In this document: piece after piece, positions 40,381 through 50,436 of the stretch | Layout: each line of letters begins with the position of its first letter | Numbering within the stretch: position 1 is the first letter of the stretch | DNA from: an uncultured Peptostreptococcaceae bacterium | GTDB taxonomy: Bacteria > Bacillota > Clostridia > Peptostreptococcales > BM714 | DNA: 64,000 nt | Assembly: GCA_964484935.1 (NCBI GenBank) | Contig: CAZAFW010000004.1 | Span: 1,911-65,910, forward strand | Direction of reading: 5' to 3' | Notes under the pieces: generated by a model | The model's database searches: none | What the model saw: the letters and a program-made list of their open reading frames with translations, nothing else | Told to the model about the DNA's origin: nothing | Program-made: the position numbers and the translations under genes

Positions 40381-40472
40381 CATACCAAAAATCATTTGTG
40401 GCGTAATTGACCGAAGCCGCTTGACTGACTATTTTTTTGATGTTATGATATTTAAAGAATTAAATATGGACG

Positions 40473-40596
40473 CCTTTAATTTGACCCCGTGAGGTTAAGA
40501 AGGAACAAACAAGTGCAAGATACTTGTATGGTTTTCATGACTGTAAAGGAATGAAACAAGCCTTTCTGCTTCGCGAGCAGAAAGGCTTTATTTATT
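40473..40596 (+). promoter_or_regulatory. PyrR-dependent transcription attenuator upstream of pyrP
   Basis: CCTTTAATTTGACCCCGTGAGGTTAAGAAGG (40473..40503) resembles the PyrR binding loop as I recall it (UUUAA..CCAGAGAGGYU..AGAAGG). An intrinsic terminator follows: AAGCCTTTCTGC-ttcgcga-GCAGAAAGGCTT plus TATTTATT (40558..40596). Confidence 0.65.
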
Positions 40597-40656
40597 ATAC
40601 GGTTGTGGGGCGTCTTGTTTTATTGACACTTAATAAAATGAGAGAGGAGATTATTT

Positions 40657-41886
40657 ATGGACAATCTTGCACGAAAACAAAATGAATCAAATTTTTCGGC
40701 CGAGCCCGAAATATCTTTGAACAAAAAGGTTATCCTGGGGATGCAGCATACCTTCACAATGTTTGGGGCAACTGTATTGGTCCCCATCATAACCGGCTTT
40801 GACATTTCTGTAGCGCTCTTCATGGCTGGCATCGGAACCCTTCTGTTCCACTTGATCACGAAAGGCAAAGTGCCTGCATTTCTCGGTTCTTCATTCGCAT
40901 TCATAGCACCTGTTATGGCGGCAATGGAAGCTTCCAACCTTCAATACGCACAAGGGGGGCTCGTTGTTGCAGGTCTTGTCTACCTTCTAATGGCCGGTTT
41001 GATAAGCATTTTCGGAACCGAAAAAATAATCAGTTTTTTCCCTCCAATTATAACAGGTCCGATAATAATTGTAATAGGCCTCAAGCTTGCTCCTACTGCT
41101 ATAGGCATGGCGAGCGGGAACTGGCTGCTTGCTATAGTAAGTTTTGCGATAGTAACGGTAGTAAGCATCTATGGAAAAGGCTTCTTGAAGGTTCTTCCAG
41201 TCCTTGTTGGACTGATAGGCGGATATGTATTCTCATTCGCAACAGGCAACGTTGATTTCAGCGGTGTAATTGCAGCCAATTGGTTTGGTGTTCCCAACTT
41301 CACGATGGCCAAATTCAGCCTGGGCACAGTAATGATGGTTGCTCCGGTAGCCATAGCAACGATGGTTGAGCATATAGGCGACGTAATCGCTATAGGAGCG
41401 ACTACAAACAACGACTTCATGAAAGACCCAGGTCTCAAGAGAACACTTCTTGGAGATGGAATAGCCACTTCTCTTTCCGCAATGTTCGGCGGTCCCGCAA
41501 ACACTACCTACTCTGAAAACATCGGGGTTCTTGCACTGACAAAGGTGCACAATCCCGCTATCATGAGAATAGCCGCAGGATTTGCGATTCTTCTTGGAAT
41601 AATGCCCAAGCTCGGCGCAATTATAAGTTCAATACCTACAGCCGTAGTCGGAGGCATCTCCATAATACTCTTCGGCATGATCGCTTCCATAGGAGCCAGA
41701 ACACTGGTTGACAACAAGATAGACTTCAACAAATCCAGAAACCTTCTGATTTCGGCAGTAATACTAGTACTCGGACTTGGCGGAGCCTCGCTTCCTATAA
41801 ATTTCGCAGGAGCAAACTTTGCGGTTGAAGGCATGGCCCTCGCCGCAATCGTAGGAATAATACTCAACAAAATTTTGCCTCAATAA
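40657..41886 (+). CDS. pyrP: Uracil permease (NCS2 family)
   Basis: 409 aa and polytopic, with the NCS2 blocks GMQHTFTMFGATVLVP and TTYSENIGVLALT. It lies downstream of pyrR and the attenuator. Confidence 0.92.
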   Translation: MDNLARKQNESNFSAEPEISLNKKVILGMQHTFTMFGATVLVPIITGFDISVALFMAGIGTLLFHLITKGKVPAFLGSSFAFIAPVMAAMEASNLQYAQGGLVVAGLVYLLMAGLISIFGTEKIISFFPPIITGPIIIVIGLKLAPTAIGMASGNWLLAIVSFAIVTVVSIYGKGFLKVLPVLVGLIGGYVFSFATGNVDFSGVIAANWFGVPNFTMAKFSLGTVMMVAPVAIATMVEHIGDVIAIGATTNNDFMKDPGLKRTLLGDGIATSLSAMFGGPANTTYSENIGVLALTKVHNPAIMRIAAGFAILLGIMPKLGAIISSIPTAVVGGISIILFGMIASIGARTLVDNKIDFNKSRNLLISAVILVLGLGGASLPINFAGANFAVEGMALAAIVGIILNKILPQ

Positions 41887-41904
41887 GATATTCCAAAAAA
41901 TCGG

Positions 41905-43803
41905 GTAGGAGGTAGATAATTAGTTTATCTACCGACCTCCCACAGCACCGTACGTACGGATCCGTATACGGCGCTTCTCTAGTTTTCACATATTTTCAGA
42001 TAGTAGTCAGTCATGGATATATATCCGCGTCTGGCTATTTCTTTGTTTGTAAGTACACTATTGAGCATTATTGCTGACCGCCATATTCCTTTGCGACAAT
42101 TCGCTAATTCGTGTACTTTCCATTCAGGCAAACCGAATTTCTGAACCATTCGGTATCTCGTCTTGATTCTCTTCCATTGTTTCCAATACACCGCCCTGAT
42201 TTTACGACGCAACCATTCATCCGTATTCTTTAGCAATTTCTTCATGTTCGCAAGCGAAAAATAATTTACCCACCCTCTTATGAATTGCGTTAATTTATAT
42301 GCTCTGTATTCATTACCCCATCCGTTATTTCTAGATGTGAGTTCACTGAACTTTGCTTTCATCTTCGCCACTGATTTCGGATGTACTCTCAACCTACATT
42401 TTCCTTTGTATCTGTAGAAACTGTAGCCAAGATATTTCACTTTGCTTACATGTGCCACTTTGGTTTTCTCTCGGTTCACTTTCAGAAAAAGCTTCCTTTC
42501 GATAAACCACGTGATACTTTCAAGGGTCCTCTCTGCACTCTTTCTGCTTTTACAGAAAATCATGCTGTCGTCCGCATAGCGCACGAATACGTGCCCTCTG
42601 CGCTTAAGTTCCTTATCCAGTTCATTCAGCATGATATTGCTAAGTAGTGGGTTCAGTGGTCCGCCTTGAGGCATTCCAACATCTGTCTTTTCAAATATCC
42701 CATTTCGAATAACTCCTGCATTGAGATACTTGTGGATTAGCGATATTACTCTGCCATCCTTGATGGTTCGCGATAATACTTCTATGAGTTTACTTTGACA
42801 TACTGTATCAAAAAATTTCTCCAAGTCCATATCTACCACGTATACATAACCATCATTAACATTCTGCTGACATTGTTTCAGTGCATTGTGTGCTCCTCGC
42901 TTTGGCCTGAAACCATAACTATTCTCCGAAAACTGTTCCTCATAGATTGGGGAAAGTACTTGCGTAATAGCCTGTTGAAATACTCGGTCAACTACTGTTG
43001 GTACTCCCAATTTTCGGACTTCGCCTTTTGTTTCTTTGGGTATTTCTACCCTTCGGACTGGGGTGGGTTTGTATTTCCCATCCTTTAACTTTTGGATAAG
43101 TTGCTTTTTGTTGTCTTTGAGAAAGGTTAGAAGTTCATCCACACTCATCCCATCGACTCCGCCTGCTCCTTTGTTTGATTTCACTTTCTTATATGCCTTG
43201 TTCAAGTTCCCAGGCTGTAAAATCCGTTCCAACAGTTCGTCCATCTGAAAATCTGTGATGATGTGGTTGTTTTCAGTAATCCTCGAATGAGCGGACACTT
43301 CTGCATACTCTTTCTGTTCCGCAGATACCCTTTGCAGATAGTCCTCTTTATGAAGTTGTCTGTCCTTAATTTCATTCTTGGTTTCATTCATTTACTCACA
43401 TCTCCTAAAGTTCAGTCCTTCCCAACACTTTTGCAAACGCATTGGTACTATAACCTCTGCTGACTTCTCATGATTAATCTTATTTCAACCATAACCGCAA
43501 ATGTTTTATTGCACCCGTTATGTCCATGAGATCTCCCCGGGTAAGAACGCAATCTTTCCTTCCACCTATCCGCCACATTTACACCGCTTGCTCCGAACAG
43601 TTTAGGACTTTGGTTTGTAAGGCAACCTTATCCAGCAAGCGTATGCCTTGTATGTGATTTCTGTTCGTCGGACCGGAAGTTTGCCGCCGGCTTCCTTCAG
43701 ATTCCTCGTCGCCGAGGACACCCTTGCCTTAGACTATGTGCTTGGCACTGTTAACCCGCACTAGGGACTTTCACCCATTAGATTGCGCCCATGCCGGGCG
43801 CAC
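41905..43803 (-). mobile_element. Group II intron, bacterial class-C-like, apparently intact (1899 bp)
   Basis: The minus-strand 5' end is GTGCGCCCGG at 43803, 4 nt after the terminator T-run (TTTTGAGG). Domain V is at 41975..41944 (AGCGCCGUAUACGGAUCCGUACGUACGGUGCU: AGC triad, 2-nt bulge, 32 nt). A domain VI hairpin follows, and the 3' end is ...CCTCCTAC at 41905. The RT/maturase ORF sits inside, where domain IV would be. Confidence 0.85.
41979..43391 (-). CDS. Group II intron-encoded reverse transcriptase/maturase (no endonuclease domain evident)
   Basis: 470 aa with RT blocks including VRYADDSMIF (YADD) and a maturase/X domain (GWVNYFSLANMKK). The protein ends shortly afterwards, with no HNH cysteine motifs. 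Confidence 0.93.
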   Translation of the reverse strand: MNETKNEIKDRQLHKEDYLQRVSAEQKEYAEVSAHSRITENNHIITDFQMDELLERILQPGNLNKAYKKVKSNKGAGGVDGMSVDELLTFLKDNKKQLIQKLKDGKYKPTPVRRVEIPKETKGEVRKLGVPTVVDRVFQQAITQVLSPIYEEQFSENSYGFRPKRGAHNALKQCQQNVNDGYVYVVDMDLEKFFDTVCQSKLIEVLSRTIKDGRVISLIHKYLNAGVIRNGIFEKTDVGMPQGGPLNPLLSNIMLNELDKELKRRGHVFVRYADDSMIFCKSRKSAERTLESITWFIERKLFLKVNREKTKVAHVSKVKYLGYSFYRYKGKCRLRVHPKSVAKMKAKFSELTSRNNGWGNEYRAYKLTQFIRGWVNYFSLANMKKLLKNTDEWLRRKIRAVYWKQWKRIKTRYRMVQKFGLPEWKVHELANCRKGIWRSAIMLNSVLTNKEIARRGYISMTDYYLKICEN

Positions 43804-43806
43804 CCT

Positions 43807-43847
43807 CAAAAGAGCCCAAACGGAAATATTCCCGTTGGGCTCTTTTT
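43807..43847. terminator. Intrinsic terminator of the 505-aa hydrolase gene; it is also the intron homing site
   Basis: The minus strand reads AAAAAGAGCCCAACGGG-aatatt-TCCGTTTGGGCTCTTTT, and the intron 5' end follows 4 nt later. A/T runs on both sides suggest it was originally bidirectional and shared with pyrP. Confidence 0.85.
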
Positions 43848-43992
43848 ATTTGCAAAACCTCTTTGTCTCTTTATGCAACAACACCATCTCTTTTATTTTA
43901 TACCCGAAGGACACAGGCAACGCCGAAATTGGTGTTTCTCAAAATACGGATTGACGAGAATCTTCAAGTTCAAGGCGCTTGTAAAAATCAGT

Positions 43993-45510
43993 CTATTCTT
44001 TTTCAACTCCGCCTTCATCATAATTGTTGGAAGGATTCCAAAGCATGAAGCCTTCTACGCCATTGTCGTTCAAGCCCTTTATCTGGGCCCTTATCTGCTC
44101 GGCTCCATAACGAATGTGCCCGTCGACATATGTCGCAGTGAAATCCTGTATCCACGGCCTTACGATTGCCGGCGTTTCTATGTTCATGTTTTTCATTACA
44201 GAGTCCTTTGTGCATCTGTATATTGTTTCGTAGGGAAACGCATCAGGTACGCTGAGCCCGTAGACTCCCGGTCCGTAATGGCTGGGGTACATCATCGGGG
44301 AAATATAGTCAACAACATTGCTTATTGCCTCCCAATACTGTCCTATTCCCATGTCGTCGCCAACCGAGCCCACCAATCCAAACACATCAGCCGAAATATA
44401 CACTTCGTACGGATCGAGTTCTTCCCTTGCGTATTTCAGGAAATTTTGTACGGCCAATGGTTTTGATTCACCAAGCTCATTTCTGTAATCCAAGTATGCG
44501 TCCTTCTTCCCTCCGTTTGAAGTCGGGAATCTGACATAGTCGAATTGTATCTCATTGAAACCGGCTTCTGCGGCCTCTTTTGCCACGCCTACTACATATC
44601 TCCACAATTCACGATTATAAGCACTGCTCCACTGAACATTTTCCTTGAAATAGAAAGGCGCTCCGCTGTCCTTGTATATTACCCCTGCTTCAGGATGGTC
44701 CTTGACATACTTCGGGTCGACAAAACAAACGATTCTGGCAATTGTGTATATGTCATGATCCTTGAGTTTTTTCATCACAGAATCTATGTCCTTTACCGGC
44801 ACACTCACATTGGCCCCGGGGCTCATTTCCGCCGCGATATCAGTTTTAAAAAGCATTGTTCCATTGTCGTCTTTCATATTTATTACAAAAGCATTTATCT
44901 TGGTTCTGTCGGCAAGGTCGATCATTTTATCAAGTTTTGCGCTTCCGGCGCTGTAGCCCGTCAGGTATATTCCATTAACCGTCACTCTCGGGTTGTTCTC
45001 ATAATTTTCCGGTTTTTCCTGTGGAGAGAAATCTATATCGGCGTATCCCGGTCCCAAAAACTCCATCTTGTCTTTGACCGTATAGTCTGCCGAAACCCAT
45101 CCGTAATCACCATCCTCATGCTCGTATGAAATCTTATGCCAGATTGGCGATCCGTCTTCGTCAAACACGGTTTCGATTACCGAAACCTGCGATCCCTTGA
45201 TTATCTTCCCGACTATCGATCCGGTTGTCCCCGCGTCGCTTCGGACATTCAAAACGCTGGCGCTTATAAAGAGTTTTTCATCTTCGTTTTCAGCTTGGTC
45301 CGGTTTTTCACCGTCCGGGTTTTCTTGGTCATCCTGTTCCATGACTACTTCCTCAACTTCCTCAAACCCCGAGGAAATCACTTCGTCTCCCGGCTCTTTT
45401 TCAGCATTTTCAGCATCAGAATCCAAACTTCCTTTATCCGAGCAGCCTGTAAAAACCAATAAAACCGCCAATAGGAACAATGCCGCCATGATTTCTTTTT
45501 TTCGCTTCAT
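43993..45510 (-). CDS. Lipoprotein with an SH3b-like domain and a putative glycoside-hydrolase (DUF4015-like TIM-barrel) domain
   Basis: It has a lipobox VFTGC, an acidic linker and an SH3b-like segment (LNVRSDAGTTGSIVGKI). The blocks INAFVINMKDDNG, YTIARIVCFVD, GFNEIQFDYVRFP and PWIQDF are ones I associate with the DUF4015 family. Confidence 0.65.
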   Translation of the reverse strand: MKRKKEIMAALFLLAVLLVFTGCSDKGSLDSDAENAEKEPGDEVISSGFEEVEEVVMEQDDQENPDGEKPDQAENEDEKLFISASVLNVRSDAGTTGSIVGKIIKGSQVSVIETVFDEDGSPIWHKISYEHEDGDYGWVSADYTVKDKMEFLGPGYADIDFSPQEKPENYENNPRVTVNGIYLTGYSAGSAKLDKMIDLADRTKINAFVINMKDDNGTMLFKTDIAAEMSPGANVSVPVKDIDSVMKKLKDHDIYTIARIVCFVDPKYVKDHPEAGVIYKDSGAPFYFKENVQWSSAYNRELWRYVVGVAKEAAEAGFNEIQFDYVRFPTSNGGKKDAYLDYRNELGESKPLAVQNFLKYAREELDPYEVYISADVFGLVGSVGDDMGIGQYWEAISNVVDYISPMMYPSHYGPGVYGLSVPDAFPYETIYRCTKDSVMKNMNIETPAIVRPWIQDFTATYVDGHIRYGAEQIRAQIKGLNDNGVEGFMLWNPSNNYDEGGVEKE

Positions 45511-45654
45511 CCCGCACCTCTTTCTGTTTATATGTTCTACTTCCCATTATAATGGGAAACACTCCCCTTTTCATCAAAAATTTATAACAATGCTGTAATA
45601 TTTTAAAAAGCGCGCATACTTTACATATGCACGCTTTTACAAGACATCGGTTTC

Positions 45655-47091
45655 CTATTCAATTACTATGACTGCCCCCTTGCCTATTTCTATCCAGTCA
45701 TACAGGAATTTGGCATGGCTTGTATAGTTCCTCACACACTTGTGTGAACGGGGGACAGTTCCTATTGTAAAAAGATATTCCTTCATGCCCGGATCTACTA
45801 TAGCCCCGTTAACAATCGAATAATTGACCGGCACACCATGGATGTAGGCCCCTGCATTGAATCTTATTGTGTAGGGGGCATACCCCGCAACTTCTTTTGT
45901 TATGTCGTCGAGATATATGAATTGAGGTCGTGTAACTATAGCCATCCAATATCCAAGCGATGTGGGCATTTTGTACTTGGCTTCCTCACCGGTTGTTGCA
46001 AATATATAGGAAATCAAACTCCACTTTCCATCAACAAATTCAAAAACTCCTTCGTTTTGGTTCTTGCGGTCGACCACCACAACCTGTGTCAATTCTTCTA
46101 TTGAGTTCCTGAAAGAAACATATTTCTTGGGAACCCAAAATTCAAGTTTTTCTTCAATTGTCCTGACATTATAGTGGGTTTTTGAATCATTTTCGCCAAA
46201 TACCGTAAGCAGCGTTCCGTCTTCAAGGTACCTGAACTCGCTTTTACCATCCAGGTCATAATAGGCGGGTGCTGACTGGGACCTTGTTGTTCCGAATTCA
46301 TCCTCCACATTTCCATTGTATAGAGGCGCCCTTCCATTGATGTTCTTGTAATTGGATATATAGGCACTTGTGTTCGCGTCTAATTCCTCTTTGAGCAATT
46401 TTACTTTTTCATACATTTTGTCGAACTGATAGGTCCTGGCTTCCGCCAATGCTGAAAAAACGAAGCCTTCCCTTATATCGTCTCCATCTTTCAATAAAAT
46501 CCTATACCACAAATCGGTATCGTATTTCTCCACATACTGGCCTTTTACAATCGCATCAAGATTGACTTTTTCAAAATAGTAAACCTTGTTTATGATATTG
46601 TCTTCAATAAGCGGCTCCGACCTGACGTTCAGAGTGTTTGTCATTATCAGCACATAATTGTAACCCGAAGGATATTCATCGTACTTTAGGTCTATAGTCA
46701 AGTCATCTGGTATTTCCGCTTCAAAAACTTCCACTTCAACTATTTCTTCGGGTTTTTCTTCTTGCGCAACAATTGCAGGCTCGGTTTCAAGAGCCTCTTC
46801 ATAATCCATTGCCCGCTCGAATTCCTCCTGCGAAACCATTACCTGCTGCTCTGTGATTGACTTTTGTATTGCTCTTTCAGTAATGTCCATGCTCTCTTCT
46901 ATTTCTTCAACAGTTTTTTCTTCTACTGTGTCTGCTCCGGATTGGCCGCTGTCGCAATCGTTTTCTTCGATGGGGAATCGTTCATCACTCAAATCTTCCG
47001 CCTCACCGGACCCGCAACCCGTCAATATTGCCGCCAGAAAAAGAATGCTCAGCAGAAGCCCTGCAGATTTCAATAATTTTTTGCTTGTCAT
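45655..47091 (-). CDS. Lipoprotein with an SH3b-like domain and a divergent L,D-transpeptidase (YkuD-like) catalytic domain
   Basis: It has a lipobox LTGC, and the C-terminus reads ...AYIHGVP...PRSHKCVRN. This resembles the YkuD His...SHGC(V)R(N/L) motif, but with Lys in place of Gly and a long His-Cys spacer. Confidence 0.6.
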   Translation of the reverse strand: MTSKKLLKSAGLLLSILFLAAILTGCGSGEAEDLSDERFPIEENDCDSGQSGADTVEEKTVEEIEESMDITERAIQKSITEQQVMVSQEEFERAMDYEEALETEPAIVAQEEKPEEIVEVEVFEAEIPDDLTIDLKYDEYPSGYNYVLIMTNTLNVRSEPLIEDNIINKVYYFEKVNLDAIVKGQYVEKYDTDLWYRILLKDGDDIREGFVFSALAEARTYQFDKMYEKVKLLKEELDANTSAYISNYKNINGRAPLYNGNVEDEFGTTRSQSAPAYYDLDGKSEFRYLEDGTLLTVFGENDSKTHYNVRTIEEKLEFWVPKKYVSFRNSIEELTQVVVVDRKNQNEGVFEFVDGKWSLISYIFATTGEEAKYKMPTSLGYWMAIVTRPQFIYLDDITKEVAGYAPYTIRFNAGAYIHGVPVNYSIVNGAIVDPGMKEYLFTIGTVPRSHKCVRNYTSHAKFLYDWIEIGKGAVIVIE

Positions 47092-47097
47092 AAAAAC

Positions 47098-47994
47098 CTA
47101 ACTCTCAAAATAGCCGACGACATAATATTCGTCCGGCAATTTATAATCATTGTTTTCCCCATTGAAAGTCCAGCTTCCCGACATTCCTTTTTCTGCCATT
47201 GCCAATTCCAGATACAGCATGGCTATCCCAGCCTCAATCTTCTCAATTTTTTCACTTATGCCTTCAGTTCCGCTTTGCATAAGAAGAGCAATCCGGGTCC
47301 CGTCGAGTATGAATCTCCAAGGCTGTCTGTTTCCCCAGGAAGGCGCCAAACGCATGTAATAGAAGACTTCATCAACCCCGAGCTTTTGCAATTCCTCCAT
47401 TTCCACTTTTGCGCCCCATTGCCCTGTGAATACAATTTCATTCACAGCAAGTCTGGAGCTTACAGGTTCTTTCGAGTATTCAGGCTCAATTTCAGGATAT
47501 CCAAGCTCTGTCAGCGGTGACAGACTACCCTTGAGCATTGTGTCGTAGATGTTCGATACTTTTCTTTCCTTTTTCGGATAACCCAGCGTCAAAAGCACCA
47601 TCAAGTCCATTTCGCTGCCTATTCCCAGAGTTTCTTTTATTGCAGCTGTGTCCTCAGGCACTTCGATTGTGCATGTTCCAAGCCCGATATCTGTTGCAAG
47701 CAAATTGAATCGCTCCACCATGTATCCGGCATTCATCAATGAGCCTTTTTTATTTGCCGACAATACGGCAATATAATGTGGAGCTTCAATCAATTTTCCA
47801 TAATATCCCACTTGTCCATCTAGCATGTTGTGGATTTTTGCGCCTTCCTTCAAGAAGACAAATTCCATCTCTATATCCTCAACCAGGCCAGGTTTCATTT
47901 TGATTGTCTCCATCAAGCCATCTATAAGACTCTGATCAACCACTCTCGCTTTGTATTCTCTTACCGACCTTCTTTTTTCAAATAATCTATGCAT
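47098..47994 (-). CDS. Nitroreductase-family flavoprotein (two-lobed form)
   Basis: The N-terminus LFEKRRSVREYK is typical of nitroreductases. The start is the ATG at 47994 after AAGGGGGG; the ORF-track extension lacks an RBS. Confidence 0.75.
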   Translation of the reverse strand: MHRLFEKRRSVREYKARVVDQSLIDGLMETIKMKPGLVEDIEMEFVFLKEGAKIHNMLDGQVGYYGKLIEAPHYIAVLSANKKGSLMNAGYMVERFNLLATDIGLGTCTIEVPEDTAAIKETLGIGSEMDLMVLLTLGYPKKERKVSNIYDTMLKGSLSPLTELGYPEIEPEYSKEPVSSRLAVNEIVFTGQWGAKVEMEELQKLGVDEVFYYMRLAPSWGNRQPWRFILDGTRIALLMQSGTEGISEKIEKIEAGIAMLYLELAMAEKGMSGSWTFNGENNDYKLPDEYYVVGYFES

Positions 47995-48146
47995 ATTAGG
48001 CCCCCCTTGTTTTATTATTTGATTTATACTCATAAACGGGCGGCTGTAAACCAAAAATGCAAATCTTTCCAAACAAGCTTGCCAACAACCGTTTTTTGAA
48101 ACATAATGAATATATCAAACAATATAAAATGAATGGAGTGATTAAT

Positions 48147-49805
48147 TTGAATATCAGCTTTCTAGGAGCCTCAGGAACAGTCACCGGATCAAACTATCTT
48201 ATAACAACAGAAAATTACAAATTCATATTGGACTGCGGTCAATTTCAGGGCGGCAAAAAAACCGAAGCCATGAACTTTACCGATTTCGCATACAACCCCG
48301 CAGAAATAGATTTCATGATTCTGAGCCATGCTCATATAGACCACAGCGGCAGAATTCCCAAGCTCGTCAAGGAAGGTTTCAAGGGCCGCATTTATTGCAC
48401 GCGTGGAACCTCGGACCTCTCTGACATACTCTTGAAGGACAGCGGATATATACACGAGAAAGAAACTGAATGGGAAAACCGAAAAAGGGCTCGGGCAGGA
48501 CTGCCTGAAGTCAAACCTCTCTATACGGTTGCGGACGCAGAAGTTGCAGTAAGATACCTCTATCCCGTACTTTACAACCAGACCATCCTGATAAACGACG
48601 AAGTAACGGTCAGGTTCAAGGACGCAGGACACATACTGGGTTCGTCAATAGTCGAAATATGGGTAAAAGAAAACAGCCATGAAAAGAAATTGGTGTTCTC
48701 GGGAGATATTGGAATGATGAACAAGCCCCTTCTTAGGGACCCCGAATTCATCGACGAGGCGGATTACCTTCTTATTGAATCCACATACGGAAACAGATTC
48801 CACGAAAATCCCGAACAAAGGATAGACAAGCTGATAAAAATAATATTGGAAACAACTGACCGTGGCGGAACAGTTGTAATTCCTTCATTCGCAGTCGGCA
48901 GGACTCAGGAGATCATCTACGAACTGAACAAATACTACGACAACAGGGAAGAAGGCAAGCGTTTCAACAAGATACCCGTATACATCGACAGTCCTTTGGC
49001 AACAAGAGCAACTGAAATTTTCCGCAAGAATGCAGAAGTATTCGACGAAGAGACTCGCGAATTCATAATGAGCGGCGACAATCCACTCGACTTCAAAAAT
49101 CTGCATTTCACAAAAACAGTCGAGGAGTCTATAGCGCTAAATAAAAGCGAAGCTCCAAAAATTGTAATTTCCGCGAGCGGAATGGCAAATGCGGGACGAA
49201 TCAAGCATCATCTCAAACACAACCTTTGGCGGCCGGAATCCAGCGTCATTTTCGTAGGATACCAAGCCGAGGGAACTCTTGGAAGAAGAATTAGAGATGG
49301 CGAAAAAACCGTGCGTATTTTCGGAGAACAGATACAGGTCAATGCTGAAGTTCATTCAATCGAAGGTTTTTCGGGCCATGCAGACCAAAACGGACTTCTC
49401 AATTGGCTTAAGGGCTTCAAAAATTTCCCCGAGAAAATATTCATTGTACATGGAGAAGACGATTCAAGAGAAGGTTTCAAGGATGTAATTGAGTCAACCT
49501 TTGATGTAAAACCCATAATTCCAAAGTTAAACGAAGTTTTCAACTGTCGTATGGAAACAGATGAGCCTGTGGAAACCGTAGAGGAAGTACTTCTGGCCGA
49601 CAATGAGGATATAAAAGAGCTTATGTCCGATTTGAAACATCTGCAGGAAATCTATGAATCGACACTTGAAAAAACCGGCGATGTGTTGTCTAAAAAAGTA
49701 AAGGAAGACGAATTTCATCTGATAAAGAACAAGCTAATAGAATTGGAAAGGAACATAATCAATCTTGGAATGCTTTTGGGTGACCGTTACGAAGAGGAGG
49801 CATAA
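48147..49805 (+). CDS. MBL-fold beta-CASP family hydrolase (RNA-metabolising type) with a coiled-coil C-terminal tail
   Basis: It contains ISFLGASGTVTGS and HAHIDHSG (HxHxDH), plus beta-CASP and RMMBL regions (ESTYG, GFSGHAD). I prefer the TTG start at 48147 (GGAG 10 nt upstream). The ATG at 48129 is an alternative. Confidence 0.8.
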   Translation: MNISFLGASGTVTGSNYLITTENYKFILDCGQFQGGKKTEAMNFTDFAYNPAEIDFMILSHAHIDHSGRIPKLVKEGFKGRIYCTRGTSDLSDILLKDSGYIHEKETEWENRKRARAGLPEVKPLYTVADAEVAVRYLYPVLYNQTILINDEVTVRFKDAGHILGSSIVEIWVKENSHEKKLVFSGDIGMMNKPLLRDPEFIDEADYLLIESTYGNRFHENPEQRIDKLIKIILETTDRGGTVVIPSFAVGRTQEIIYELNKYYDNREEGKRFNKIPVYIDSPLATRATEIFRKNAEVFDEETREFIMSGDNPLDFKNLHFTKTVEESIALNKSEAPKIVISASGMANAGRIKHHLKHNLWRPESSVIFVGYQAEGTLGRRIRDGEKTVRIFGEQIQVNAEVHSIEGFSGHADQNGLLNWLKGFKNFPEKIFIVHGEDDSREGFKDVIESTFDVKPIIPKLNEVFNCRMETDEPVETVEEVLLADNEDIKELMSDLKHLQEIYESTLEKTGDVLSKKVKEDEFHLIKNKLIELERNIINLGMLLGDRYEEEA

Positions 49806-49818
49806 AGGAGGGATTGTC

Positions 49819-50415
49819 ATGGAACTTACGCAACCTGATGCCAGTAAAATATTAATTCGAAAAGCCAAACCCAAGGATCTTGAAGGAATTTTTCAAATCG
49901 CCAAGGAAGTCGGATCATCAAGAAAAAACATGAACACCGGCTTTCTTATTGACGATTATTCCGTTTCGCCCGAGAAATATAAAAAAAACTTCAAGGAAAA
50001 AATAGTCTCAGGAAAGTATTTTTATGTAGCTGTCGAAAAAAGAAAGCCGGTAGCATTTCTGATGGCCAACACTGTAGACGAATGGGAGTCAAGCTGCCCC
50101 AACTGGAAGCAAATGGTCCGGTGGAGGCCTGATTTCTATTGGACTGGTATAAAAACTTTCATATATTCGGAAAAATTGGCAGTCGACACAAACTATGCCG
50201 GAAAGGGGATTGCGAGCCTTCTATACGACAGCATGATGAGCGACATGCTTGCAAGCAACATACACGACATTTTTTCTGAAACAGTCATAAGTCCGATTCC
50301 AAACATGGCTTCTCTGGGTTTCCGAAGAAAACAGGGGTTCACTCTTGCGGGAGTAAGATATGAGGAATTCCAAAACAATATTGTTACAAATCTTGTTTTT
50401 CACAAAAAAGTATAG
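49819..50415 (+). CDS. GNAT-family N-acetyltransferase
   Basis: The ATG at 49819 lies 6 nt after AAAGGAGGG. The acetyl-CoA-binding region is LAVDTNYAGKGIASLLY. Confidence 0.7.
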   Translation: MELTQPDASKILIRKAKPKDLEGIFQIAKEVGSSRKNMNTGFLIDDYSVSPEKYKKNFKEKIVSGKYFYVAVEKRKPVAFLMANTVDEWESSCPNWKQMVRWRPDFYWTGIKTFIYSEKLAVDTNYAGKGIASLLYDSMMSDMLASNIHDIFSETVISPIPNMASLGFRRKQGFTLAGVRYEEFQNNIVTNLVFHKKV

Positions 50416-50436
50416 ACCCGAAGGGTAATTTTTCTG

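Noticed and set aside
43400-43803. A possible independent small RNA or tRNA-like structure in the highly structured 400 bp between the RT ORF and the terminator
   Set aside because: It is explained as domains I-III of the group II intron ribozyme, starting with the 5' GTGCG at 43803. It is not a separate gene.
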